From a virus, in the IMG/VR virus record IMGVR_UViG_3300045988_169015, positions 78,001 through 142,000 of that record: DNA of 64,000 nucleotides; one strand, written 5' to 3'. Every line of letters starts with the position of its first letter. The first letter of the stretch is position 1. Of the stretch, positions 25,631-34,648 are shown piece after piece. The position numbers and the translations under genes are program-made. The notes under the pieces were generated by a model, which saw only the letters and a program-made list of their open reading frames with translations, was not told the origin of the DNA and made no database searches.

Positions 25631-26656
25631 ATGACAATAAATGAAATCAAGTTTGCGCTCCGCAGCTCTGAATACAGCTTCCTGTCGGATAATCCACATC
25701 TTGGCTCTAATATCATCTTGTTGACAGTCGGCGGTTCCCACGCTTACGGAACGGATACGCCCACCAGCGACTTGGATATCCGAGGATGTGCTCTGAATAC
25801 TCCAAGGGAGCTGCTTACCAGCGAAAATTTCGAGCAGTTTGTAAATGAGGAGACCGACACGACGATATATTCGTTCAACAAGTTGGTCTCACTGCTCACT
25901 AATTGTAACCCCAACACCATCGAGATGCTGGGAAACAAGCCAGAGCATTATTTCTATATCTCCCCTATTGGGCAGGAACTTATTGACAACGTTGAGCTGT
26001 TTCTCTCCCAGAAGGCAGCATACAGCTTCGGTGGGTATGCAACCGCTCAGCTTCGTCGCCTTGAAAATAAAGCCAACCGCCTTGTTGGTCAGGAACAGCT
26101 GGAACAGTATATCTATAACACACTGTCTCAAGTTGCCGAAAACTTTGAAGAAAAATATGGTATTCCTGCTGGTCAGCTTCGACTGTATATCGACAAGGCT
26201 GTAAATCCCGATATGGAAACTGAGATTTTCATGGACACTAACTTGACTCACTACCCTATCAGAGACTACGCCGGAATGTGGGATGAAATGAAGAGCATTA
26301 TCAAGTCTTACAATAACATCGGCTGTCGCAATAGCAAGGCTATCGAAAACGGAAGGCTTGGCAAGCATATGATGCACTTGATTCGTCTGTATCTCATGTG
26401 TACTGACATTCTTGAGGGACGAGGCGTAATAACATACCGTGAAAAGGATCGTGACCTGCTGATAGACATCCGCAACGGCAAGTACCTTGATGAAAATCAG
26501 CAGCCCACTTCCGAGTTCTATGAGATGATAGACGAATATGAAAAGAAATATCAGTATGCGAAAGAGCACACTGAACTCCCACCTAAGCCAAACTACAAGG
26601 CAATAAATGATTTCGTTCAGAGCGTCAATGAAAGAGTGATAAAAAATGAAGTATAA
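25631..26656 (+). CDS. RlaP-like (pol-beta superfamily) nucleotidyltransferase
   Basis: LLTVGGSHAYGTDTPTSDLDIRG is the GS..YG...SD.D signature remembered for the RNA-repair-associated RlaP family. Confidence 0.65.
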   Translation: MTINEIKFALRSSEYSFLSDNPHLGSNIILLTVGGSHAYGTDTPTSDLDIRGCALNTPRELLTSENFEQFVNEETDTTIYSFNKLVSLLTNCNPNTIEMLGNKPEHYFYISPIGQELIDNVELFLSQKAAYSFGGYATAQLRRLENKANRLVGQEQLEQYIYNTLSQVAENFEEKYGIPAGQLRLYIDKAVNPDMETEIFMDTNLTHYPIRDYAGMWDEMKSIIKSYNNIGCRNSKAIENGRLGKHMMHLIRLYLMCTDILEGRGVITYREKDRDLLIDIRNGKYLDENQQPTSEFYEMIDEYEKKYQYAKEHTELPPKPNYKAINDFVQSVNERVIKNEV

Positions 26657-27986
26657 AATTGATATGCCGCCCAATGCAAATGTAATCATTCATGCACTTC
26701 AAGATGCAGGTTACAAAGCATATATCGTTGGCGGCTGTGTCAGAGATAGTCTAATGAACAGATTTCCTCATGACTGGGATATATGCACTTCTGCGAGACC
26801 GGAGCAAACGCTTGAAGTGTTTAAAGATTACCGTGTTATCGAGACGGGGTTGCAGCATGGCACGGTAACAGTAGTCATTGATGGCGAGCAGTATGAATGC
26901 ACTTCGTTTCGTATCGACGGGGTGTATTCCGACAATCGCAGACCTGACAGCGTGACGTTCGTTGATGATCTTACAGAAGACTTAAGACGTCGAGATTTTA
27001 CAATCAATGCAATGGCATATAATGACGAAGAAGGTCTTATCGATCCGTTTGATGGAATGGGTGATATAAAGCGTGGCATAATCAGATGCGTTGGGAATGC
27101 GGCAGATAGGTTTAACGAAGATGCTCTCAGAATACTTAGAGCCATTCGATTTGCCGCACAGCTGCGTTTTGTTATTGAAGACAACACGTCTTCTGAACTA
27201 AACAGACAGAGGGATTCTTTAGCAAATATATCCACTGAAAGAATTACCAGCGAATTCAATAAAATCGTTATATCCAATCGATTTGTCACAATGTTAGTCC
27301 TATATTTTCACGTATTCACACAATTTATTCCAGAGCTTAAGGATATGCTTAAGTTTCCTCAGAATAATCCTCATCATATGTACGATGTACTTATTCACAC
27401 ACTTTATACAGCAGTATCCTGTCAGAACGATCTTATCCTTCGATTGGCGGCATTATTCCACGATATCGGGAAACCTCATTCATACCAAGACGAACCTGAC
27501 GGTATCAGACATTTTGTGGGACACAATATTGTCGGGGCGGATATGACAGATAAAATCATGAGGCGCTTGAAATATGACAGCAACACCCGAAATGCTGTTG
27601 TTCAGTTGATTTTATATCACGATTCTTCGTTTATAGCAAAGCCATCAGCTGTTAAGCGTTGGCTAAACAAAGTGGGAGAAGTTCAATTAAAGCGTCTCAT
27701 CGATCTTCGCAGGGCTGATATTAGGGGGCAGAAAATTCCTTATGATAGGGAGAAAATGAGGAAAATTGATGATCTTGCAGATGTTTTAAACCAAGTTCTC
27801 GAAGAACAACAATGCTTTTCTATGAAAGACCTCGCAATCAATGGAGATGATCTTATTGTCTTGGGTTTTGTCCCGGGCAAGGAATTAGGGGAGGTGCTCA
27901 CAGGGTTGTTAAACTCCGTAACAGATGACGCTCTTCCGAACGATAAAGAAACGCTTTTAAAGGAGGCTCAGAAATGGCTCAAGTAA
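26646..27986 (+). CDS. cca: CCA-adding enzyme / tRNA nucleotidyltransferase with HD domain
   Basis: GGCVRDSLMNRFPHDWDICT head motif; RRDFTINAMAY; HDIGKP HD motif. Confidence 0.85.
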   Translation: MKYKIDMPPNANVIIHALQDAGYKAYIVGGCVRDSLMNRFPHDWDICTSARPEQTLEVFKDYRVIETGLQHGTVTVVIDGEQYECTSFRIDGVYSDNRRPDSVTFVDDLTEDLRRRDFTINAMAYNDEEGLIDPFDGMGDIKRGIIRCVGNAADRFNEDALRILRAIRFAAQLRFVIEDNTSSELNRQRDSLANISTERITSEFNKIVISNRFVTMLVLYFHVFTQFIPELKDMLKFPQNNPHHMYDVLIHTLYTAVSCQNDLILRLAALFHDIGKPHSYQDEPDGIRHFVGHNIVGADMTDKIMRRLKYDSNTRNAVVQLILYHDSSFIAKPSAVKRWLNKVGEVQLKRLIDLRRADIRGQKIPYDREKMRKIDDLADVLNQVLEEQQCFSMKDLAINGDDLIVLGFVPGKELGEVLTGLLNSVTDDALPNDKETLLKEAQKWLK

Positions 27987-28708
27987 CCACATTTGACAAC
28001 ATTTATATCACGGGTGATAAGCACGGAGATTTCTCGGGGCTTATGCGATTCTGTGACCAGCAAGGCACCACCCGTAACGACCTGATAATAGTTCTTGGAG
28101 ATGCGGGCGTTAACTATTACCGAAATGGACGTGATCAGAGGCTAAAAGAAATGCTCGCCCAGTCCCCTATCACACTGCTATGCGTTCATGGCAACCACGA
28201 AGAGAGACCTGAGAACATCTCTACATATACCGAGACGGAATTTTGTGGGGATACGGCTTACTACGAACCCAAATATCCAAATCTGATTTTTGCCAAGGAT
28301 GGCAGCATTTACAAGCTTAACGGCGCTAAGACATTGATTCTCGGCGGTGCATATTCGGTGGACAAGTATTACAGGCTGATGAAAGGCTGGAACTGGTTCG
28401 AGTCAGAGCAGATTACAGATAAGCGTAAGGCTGAGATAGAGCAAATACTTGACAAAGCCGGATGGAGCGTTGACTACGTACTGTCTCATACTTGTCCTTA
28501 TGATACGAGACCCACACACCTTTTCCTGAGAGGTATTGACCAGTCCCTCGTGGACAGCTCTATGGAAGTCTGGTTTCAGAAGGTTGCCGACAGGCTTGAC
28601 TTCAAGCACTGGTATTTTGGACATTATCACGACGACTGGGATAATGGCAAATATACGATGTTTTATACAGACATTGAAAAGTTTCCGTATGAGCCGGCGG
28701 ATGAATGA
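27974..28708 (+). CDS. calcineurin-like metallophosphoesterase
   Basis: GDKHGD, GDAGVNY, HGNHE, GHYHDD motifs in canonical order. Confidence 0.8.
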   Translation: MAQVTTFDNIYITGDKHGDFSGLMRFCDQQGTTRNDLIIVLGDAGVNYYRNGRDQRLKEMLAQSPITLLCVHGNHEERPENISTYTETEFCGDTAYYEPKYPNLIFAKDGSIYKLNGAKTLILGGAYSVDKYYRLMKGWNWFESEQITDKRKAEIEQILDKAGWSVDYVLSHTCPYDTRPTHLFLRGIDQSLVDSSMEVWFQKVADRLDFKHWYFGHYHDDWDNGKYTMFYTDIEKFPYEPADE

Positions 28709-28718
28709 GGTAAGATTT

Positions 28719-29009
28719 ATGCGCACGAAAATACAAAAATTATTAACGGAAAGGAGTGGCTGTATGACAAATAATGAGATCGACAATCTCACAAGCCTTT
28801 TGCAGCGAGCACAGGCCACTATAAATCATATGGCAGCTGATCTCAATGAGCATGACCTCGACTGTTACTATTGCGCTCATTTTCCAGATGGCGGAGACGG
28901 CAAATGCCCTATGTATTCAGATGATGGCAGCAATGGTTGGTGTCATTTCAGATGGAGACTTGACGATGAGATAGACAAAACTATCGAGAAGCTTCAGGCA
29001 GAATTGTAA
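28719..29009 (+). CDS. hypothetical protein (96 aa)
   Basis: In-frame ATG 28719 with GAGG upstream (alternative ATG 28764 with AAAGGAG); the track ORF 28536.. overlaps the previous gene. Confidence 0.6.
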   Translation: MRTKIQKLLTERSGCMTNNEIDNLTSLLQRAQATINHMAADLNEHDLDCYYCAHFPDGGDGKCPMYSDDGSNGWCHFRWRLDDEIDKTIEKLQAEL

Positions 29010-29051
29010 AGTCCCATAGTAACACTACAGTAATAAGAAAGGAATAATTTT

Positions 29052-29831
29052 ATGGCTATAATTGGAGCAATTTTAGGAGATATCGCAGGTTCTCAGTTTG
29101 AGTTTACCCGTCCCGATGATCTCGACTGGCAGCACTGCGAACTCTTTACAGATAAATGTCACTTTACAGATGACACAGTAATGACACTGGCAACAAAGAT
29201 GGCAGTGTTTAATAAAGGCTCATTTACAAAATACTACAGGGAATTCGGCAGGCAATATCCCCACGCCGGATATGGTGGAATGTTTCATTGGTGGATAAAA
29301 CACAACGATGAGAGTCCATACGGCAGTTTCGGAAACGGTTCAGCAATGCGATGCTCTTATATTGGAGAACATTACCAGCTTATCCCCGATGTATATGTAT
29401 ATGCAAGAATGTCAGCAGATTGCACCCATAATCACGAAGAAGGTATAAAAGGCGCAGTAGTAACAGCCGTGTGCATAAATCTGGCAAAGAACGGGAAAAG
29501 CAAAGGGGATATTTATGAATACGTGTCAACAGAATATCCTTCAAGCAAATATAAATACGGCATCGACCAGACTCTCGATAGTTACAGAGAGACTTATAAA
29601 TGGGATGTGACTTGTCAGGGCAGTGTGCCGGTAGCTATCAGATGTTTTCTCGAAAGCGAGAGTTATGAGAGTTTCATCAGAAATGTACTGTCACTGCCTT
29701 GCGATACTGATACACTATGTGCGATCGGCGGAGGCATTGCCGAGGAATTCTACCACGGAACAGGTTTCGATGAAGATACACTACTGAGAAGATATCTTGA
29801 CAATAATCTGTATAGGATCGTGAAAATGTGA
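29052..29831 (+). CDS. ADP-ribosylglycohydrolase family protein
   Basis: GAILGDIAGSQFEF, FTDDTVMTLA, GNGSAMR, CDTDTLCAIGGGIAE are typical family motifs. Confidence 0.85.
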   Translation: MAIIGAILGDIAGSQFEFTRPDDLDWQHCELFTDKCHFTDDTVMTLATKMAVFNKGSFTKYYREFGRQYPHAGYGGMFHWWIKHNDESPYGSFGNGSAMRCSYIGEHYQLIPDVYVYARMSADCTHNHEEGIKGAVVTAVCINLAKNGKSKGDIYEYVSTEYPSSKYKYGIDQTLDSYRETYKWDVTCQGSVPVAIRCFLESESYESFIRNVLSLPCDTDTLCAIGGGIAEEFYHGTGFDEDTLLRRYLDNNLYRIVKM

Positions 29832-29873
29832 AAGAAACAAATAATACACTACTATAGTAGGAGATGATTAAAT

Positions 29874-30113
29874 ATGAGCAACTGTCAAAGGCAATATACT
29901 AAAACCGAAGGTCATATACAAGAAGCCTATCAGCACATCAAGCCTTATCTTGACGATGAGACCAGCTGTAAGGCATTACACGATATGTGCCGAAACTGTG
30001 AGAGATGGTGCGGCGAAGACCACGATTATGGCGAATGTGAGAATATGAATTGTTTCAAATTTTATCTCGCATACGAATACTTATGCTGGTGCGAAGCGTG
30101 GGATGAATATTGA
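29874..30113 (+). CDS. small Cys-rich protein (79 aa)
   Basis: ORF track; SD AGGAGA. Confidence 0.7.
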   Translation: MSNCQRQYTKTEGHIQEAYQHIKPYLDDETSCKALHDMCRNCERWCGEDHDYGECENMNCFKFYLAYEYLCWCEAWDEY

Positions 30114-30147
30114 TAAGCCGTATCAGTACGCCAACGGAGGTGATTAA

Positions 30148-30258
30148 ATGTTCTGGATAGGTTTTGTAGTTGGGATGTTCGCAGGCAGCTGTGCGCTTGC
30201 TGCTATAGCATGTGTAATTGCATCAAGTGACGAGGAGGATAATAATGAGACACGTTGA
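30148..30258 (+). CDS. small membrane protein (36 aa)
   Basis: Below the track cut-off; GGAGG 8 nt upstream; MFWIGFVVGMFAGSCALAAIACVIASSDEEDNNETR. Confidence 0.45.
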   Translation: MFWIGFVVGMFAGSCALAAIACVIASSDEEDNNETR

Positions 30259-30523
30259 AAATATTGTTATCGGGACGCCTATTGTAGATCCTGCTGAAAT
30301 ATTTGCCGCAACCAGCGACGATTGGATCGGTAGCGAGTCTGAGAAAACATATTATACCGATGAAAGATATTTGCCTAAAATCCTTGTAGAATTAGGCATT
30401 TATCCATCGGTCAGCGAGATAAGGCGCAATAAGCCTGAACTGATTCGAACTTTAGACACCGTGGACTTTATAGAAATAAAGCCTAAGAAGAAAATTCCTT
30501 TATGGATATTGATAGGAAAATAA
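30245..30523 (+). CDS. hypothetical protein (92 aa)
   Basis: ATG 30245 with GAGGAGG upstream (track start 30218). Confidence 0.7.
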   Translation: MRHVENIVIGTPIVDPAEIFAATSDDWIGSESEKTYYTDERYLPKILVELGIYPSVSEIRRNKPELIRTLDTVDFIEIKPKKKIPLWILIGK

Positions 30524-30837
30524 TAATGATGATGATAACAATTAACTCAAAGAATGATATGACGTTTGGGACAGAATTTTCCACTTGGATAATAGCATTC
30601 TGCCCTGACTCTGACTCATGGTTTGTAACTAATCAGAGATTTTGGTGGTATGAATATCCTATAGAGTTTCAAAGCGAACAAGAGGGTATTTACTACTTTG
30701 TTAGTAATTATCAACTTTTTGACAAATTAGAAAACGAAATGAAAATACAAAGATATGAAAAAGGAACCGTATTTCTTGAAAATACAAGAAGCGTTTATGG
30801 TAAGCCCAAGGAAAATGGAGGTAAAAATGAAAATTAA
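30502..30837 (+). CDS. hypothetical protein
   Basis: ORF track; start uncertain (30502 or 30526). Confidence 0.6.
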   Translation: MDIDRKIIMMMITINSKNDMTFGTEFSTWIIAFCPDSDSWFVTNQRFWWYEYPIEFQSEQEGIYYFVSNYQLFDKLENEMKIQRYEKGTVFLENTRSVYGKPKENGGKNEN

Positions 30838-31102
30838 TTACATATTGGCAGGCTGTGTGCTTGCGGTGGGAATGTTGGCAGTAGGAGCAATAGCACTGGG
30901 AATATTTACAGTGCGCAGTAGATCACAAAACAACACCATTGAAAATCCTATGGTAAAAGTATATGAGGATTCTAATAGCACTATTTGGTACGACAAGGAT
31001 ACAATGGTAATGTATTATGAACGTAACTGTACTTATTGCGTCGAAATAACCGTTATGGTCAATGCCGATGGAACTCCGAAGCTGTATAAAGAAGAAAATT
31101 AA
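30827..31102 (+). CDS. membrane-anchored hypothetical protein (91 aa)
   Basis: ATG 30827 with GGAGG upstream; N-terminal TM helix ILAGCVLAVGMLAVGAIALGIF. Confidence 0.7.
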   Translation: MKINYILAGCVLAVGMLAVGAIALGIFTVRSRSQNNTIENPMVKVYEDSNSTIWYDKDTMVMYYERNCTYCVEITVMVNADGTPKLYKEEN

Positions 31103-31108
31103 AGAAAG

Positions 31109-32233
31109 GTGGAAATAACAGTGGCATTATCGGTTTATAAGGATCATTCATTCTTAATTTTTAATCAAGACGATAAGATTTGCAAATATGATTTTGCAAC
31201 AAAGACTACATACGGATGGAGTGGAAGAAAAGTCAATTCGCTTCAAACACAGCTTCGTAATATTTCAATAAAAGAATTAATTGATGCCTGCTCCGATAAA
31301 AATTATGGTTTATTTTTACAGTCTATTATGGAATGGGAAGTAAAGGGCGGATCCAATATTTCAAATATAGGAACAATTTTAGATCGCATTCCTTTATATT
31401 CCAATCTTGAACAATATTACAGCGCAGGAATAACAAATATAAGTAAAAATATGTACGCAATACCCTTTTCCGATATTCCTAAAGGATTAAAAAAGATATG
31501 TAAAGAAAATAATATCTGTTTACAGCAAAACACATATGAATCCTATAAAAAACACGCAGATATATTTAATTTTGCAGCTTCGGAGCAACTTACGTCTCTT
31601 TCGTTTGGAACTATCGTAGAATATATACTTGCTCAACATGATTATCGAAATAATGATTTTTATATTGATTCTTTTATCAGATATAATTATCAGCCTAAAG
31701 CTCTCCTTAGATACATAGACGACCTGATAACTTACGAAGCGTGTAATTTAAATATCATAAGAGAAGTGCTCGATTATGCAACTATGATGTCAAAAATCAG
31801 TCCTAAATTTGATAAATACCCTCGACATTTTCTTACTACTCACGCTATCGCTTGTCGAAACTATAATCGTTTAAAACAGCAGTTTCAAGAAGATCAATTT
31901 GTAGCAAGAATAGATACTACTCTTGAAGACAAAATTGATGGGTATGTATTCATATATCCCAAGAGCTCTCAAGATATTAAAGATGAAGCCGTACAGCAGA
32001 ACAACTGTGTTGCTTCATATATTAGTAGGGTTATATCCGGTGATTGCCATGTCATGTTTATGAGATACGCTGCTACTCCAAATGACAGCTTGGTAACTTT
32101 AGAGATCCGAGACGGTTATATTGTTCAGGCAAAGCAGAGATTTAATGATCCTATTACTAAAGAACAGCAAGAAGCAATCGACAAATGGAACGTGAAGCAT
32201 CAACAGTCCAATATATTGACACAGAGAGGTTAA
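31109..32233 (+). CDS. PcfJ-like domain protein
   Basis: C-terminal DEAVQQNNCVASYISRVISGDCHVMFMR...VTLEIRDGYIVQAKQRFN recalls the PcfJ-like family (from memory); GTG 31109 or GTG 31121. Confidence 0.55.
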   Translation: MEITVALSVYKDHSFLIFNQDDKICKYDFATKTTYGWSGRKVNSLQTQLRNISIKELIDACSDKNYGLFLQSIMEWEVKGGSNISNIGTILDRIPLYSNLEQYYSAGITNISKNMYAIPFSDIPKGLKKICKENNICLQQNTYESYKKHADIFNFAASEQLTSLSFGTIVEYILAQHDYRNNDFYIDSFIRYNYQPKALLRYIDDLITYEACNLNIIREVLDYATMMSKISPKFDKYPRHFLTTHAIACRNYNRLKQQFQEDQFVARIDTTLEDKIDGYVFIYPKSSQDIKDEAVQQNNCVASYISRVISGDCHVMFMRYAATPNDSLVTLEIRDGYIVQAKQRFNDPITKEQQEAIDKWNVKHQQSNILTQRG

Positions 32234-32239
32234 ACAATA

Positions 32240-32500
32240 ATGAACGAGATAACAATATGTGATACTTTAATCGGTATCAAGGAGTACAAAGGACAGCGTG
32301 TTGTGACATTCAAGGATATTGACGCCGTACATGGCATTCGTACATGTAGTATTGTTTATGGAATAATAGGTACTAAAGCGAGCTGGAGCCAGCTTATGAG
32401 AAGATGTGGCGCAAGAACCAAGAATGAAGTTATTCTTGCTCGCCCTGATAAATATGAGCTTTTCTGCGAATGTATAGAAAAACTGATGAATGAAATATAA
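32240..32500 (+). CDS. hypothetical protein with ORF6N-like N-terminus
   Basis: IKEYKGQRVVTFKDIDAVHG resembles ORF6N/antirepressor N-termini, but the rest does not. Confidence 0.5.
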   Translation: MNEITICDTLIGIKEYKGQRVVTFKDIDAVHGIRTCSIVYGIIGTKASWSQLMRRCGARTKNEVILARPDKYELFCECIEKLMNEI

Positions 32501-32521
32501 GTATAGAAAGGATAATAGTAA

Positions 32522-33163
32522 ATGTATTACATAGGCACAGGCAATAAGTACATTGCCACTAAATCTGATGGATATATGTTTGTAACAGAAGATCTCAGCA
32601 AAGCAAGAAGATATTCTACTGTTCAGAGAGCAGGACAGGCTCTTGTATCGCTACCTCGTAGATTCTACAATATTAGCACTCAGTGGTCTGTAAGACAGGA
32701 TATTGTAGAAGATAATGAGCTACAGGGAGAGATTCAGAGCAAGACAGAACAGCAAACAGTGGATCGTGAGCCTGATGAAACAGTCGATGTCATAGAAACA
32801 TTTGATAATGATGAGATTGATTATCTTACATTATTTGATGAAATGGCTGAGCTTAAAGCAAGAAAGAACGGATGTTTATCGAAGCTTCAGGGGAGATTAT
32901 CTGAAATAAATGAGGAAATAACAGACATAGAACATCTGATTGAGTTTAGCAAGTTTAACGTGTCTGATGCTTATGCTGCCTATAAGATGCTGAGAGATAC
33001 ACTGCAGGAGAGACGTAAGATCAAAGATAACATAGTGGCCGTGAAAAGCTTGTATGACAACTGTAATGTAAATAAGTTAGCCGAAGATCATAAGCAGCTT
33101 GAGAATAGAGTCTACAAGCCAAGAAGACTGACCAAGTTGTTTGATGAAATCAGTGACAAATAA
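32522..33163 (+). CDS. hypothetical coiled-coil protein (213 aa)
   Basis: ORF track. Confidence 0.75.
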   Translation: MYYIGTGNKYIATKSDGYMFVTEDLSKARRYSTVQRAGQALVSLPRRFYNISTQWSVRQDIVEDNELQGEIQSKTEQQTVDREPDETVDVIETFDNDEIDYLTLFDEMAELKARKNGCLSKLQGRLSEINEEITDIEHLIEFSKFNVSDAYAAYKMLRDTLQERRKIKDNIVAVKSLYDNCNVNKLAEDHKQLENRVYKPRRLTKLFDEISDK

Positions 33164-33402
33164 ACTACTTTGCAGCAGGAAACAAGTTGCAGTAGGAATA
33201 CAGCGTAATGAACTTACGTTCATTCCACTGGTCGTGACGTTTCACGTCCCGACTCTTAAAAATTCCCTTTTCTCCTAACGACAAGAGAGGAAGTGATTCC
33301 GATGTGGTAGCTGATCGTATGAAGTAAGGTATAAAGAACAATGTAATTTTGCCTCAAAAAAGTGCCTTTTTGCCTGTTCCTGCCTAACAAAAACGCAATT
33401 TT

Positions 33403-33456
33403 AAAAAGGCTCAAATTTGACGAGAAATCGGGCAAAAAAGGCTCAAATTTGACGAG
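33403..33456 (+). repeat. two perfect 22-bp direct repeats (iteron- or operator-like)
   Basis: AAAAAGGCTCAAATTTGACGAG at 33403-33424 and 33435-33456 (period 32 bp); upstream cluster of TGCCT pentamers at about 33349-33385. Confidence 0.8.
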
Positions 33457-33542
33457 GTGAATCTGTCCATGATTATTGAGGAGGGATTTTTATAGGATCG
33501 TATATAGATGCAAACACAGGAGAAATATTTGATGATGCAACA

Positions 33543-34427
33543 TTGATCACCAAAGAACAGAAAGAAGTCAGAAAACAATATGCTGAAAACAATGAGCAGG
33601 TAGAATGTTTTAAATATCTGACAAAAAAAGAGCAGTTTGTCATGTACTTATTTAATATTCATAAGTCTATGACGGACTTGTCTCCTCAAACGGCAATCAG
33701 ATTGGTATATCTTTCAACGTTTTTGGAATATGATGGGAAGTTCCTGAAATCAAATGGAAAATATATAACCCGAGAAAAGATGCAAAATTTGATGGTGTTA
33801 AAGCCGGCAACATTTAAAAGATTTTTAGCTGAAGTAGTATCAGCAGGATATTTGATCAAAGAGAAAAAGCTTTACAGACTTAATACCGACCATTTTTACA
33901 GAGGAGAGCTTTCGATAGATTCGTCTGACAAGAAGCAGAGATACGTTCGTGTTTACATAAATAATTTGAGGAAATTATATTTGTCCGTCCCCCAGAACAA
34001 GCACGTATATCTTGGGTATATATTTCAGCTTATTCCCTACATAAATCGTGAATGGAATGTAATTTGTTATAACCCTGAAGAAACAGATGAAGATGCAATA
34101 ATCCCTATGAGCGTTGGAGATTTTTGTGAATTGGTAGGATATGACAGAACTAATGCGGCTCGTTTCATGAGAGAATATCGAGACATTAAGTTTGATTGGA
34201 ACGGTTATAATCAAAGTTTCTTAGGATATTTTTATAATTATGAAGATGATAAAGCCGACATGAGGTTCTTTGCCAATCCGAATATCTTCTTTGCAGGACA
34301 TGATTATAATCGTGTAAAAATACTGAAAATAGTCTTCACGCAAAAAAAAGATTATATAGAACCTACGCCGGATCCTATTCAGTTTGTAGATGATTTTGAT
34401 TGTCCGGATAGATGGGATCTTTATTAA
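33543..34427 (+). CDS. putative winged-helix DNA-binding protein, paralog B
   Basis: 294 aa, paralog of 19438..20250. The TTG start overlaps the TGA of a 4-codon mini-ORF that carries the SD (AGGAGA-8 nt-ATGATGCAACATTGA). Confidence 0.6.
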   Translation: MITKEQKEVRKQYAENNEQVECFKYLTKKEQFVMYLFNIHKSMTDLSPQTAIRLVYLSTFLEYDGKFLKSNGKYITREKMQNLMVLKPATFKRFLAEVVSAGYLIKEKKLYRLNTDHFYRGELSIDSSDKKQRYVRVYINNLRKLYLSVPQNKHVYLGYIFQLIPYINREWNVICYNPEETDEDAIIPMSVGDFCELVGYDRTNAARFMREYRDIKFDWNGYNQSFLGYFYNYEDDKADMRFFANPNIFFAGHDYNRVKILKIVFTQKKDYIEPTPDPIQFVDDFDCPDRWDLY

Positions 34428-34462
34428 GGCTTGCTGAACATATTAGAAAGGAGATAAACATC

Positions 34463-34633
34463 TTGGAAACATCACCATGTAAAGACTGTTCTGAGCGCTG
34501 TTATAATTGTCATTCTGCTTGTGGTAAGTATCAGAAATATTCTGCTAAAAGGAAGACTATATTGGCAAGGACTCGTTCAGAAGACCTTCGGGCATACTAT
34601 TGTGAAAAATATGCTCGTATAGGGAAAAGGTAA
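34463..34633 (+). CDS. small Cys-rich protein (56 aa)
   Basis: TTG 34463 with AAAGGAG 9 nt upstream; CKDCSERCYNCHSAC. Confidence 0.55.
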   Translation: METSPCKDCSERCYNCHSACGKYQKYSAKRKTILARTRSEDLRAYYCEKYARIGKR

Positions 34634-34648
34634 AAGGAGGTTATTTCT

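Noticed and set aside
25889-26689. 266-aa minus-strand ORF (similarly 48512..49297 and 53296..54162)
   Set aside because: These are antisense to well-supported plus-strand genes (nucleotidyltransferase, capsid, tail). They have no SD, and their low-complexity Leu/Ile/Ser-rich translations are not protein-like.
29842-29865. T7-like promoter resemblance (TAATACACTACTATAGTAGGAGA) and the shared 10-mer TATAGTAGGA (29853, 38270; AGTAGGAAT also at 33191)
   Set aside because: No T7-type RNA polymerase is present. There are only two or three copies, and one overlaps an SD. That is too little support to call a promoter family, but it is worth a k-mer check on the full genome.
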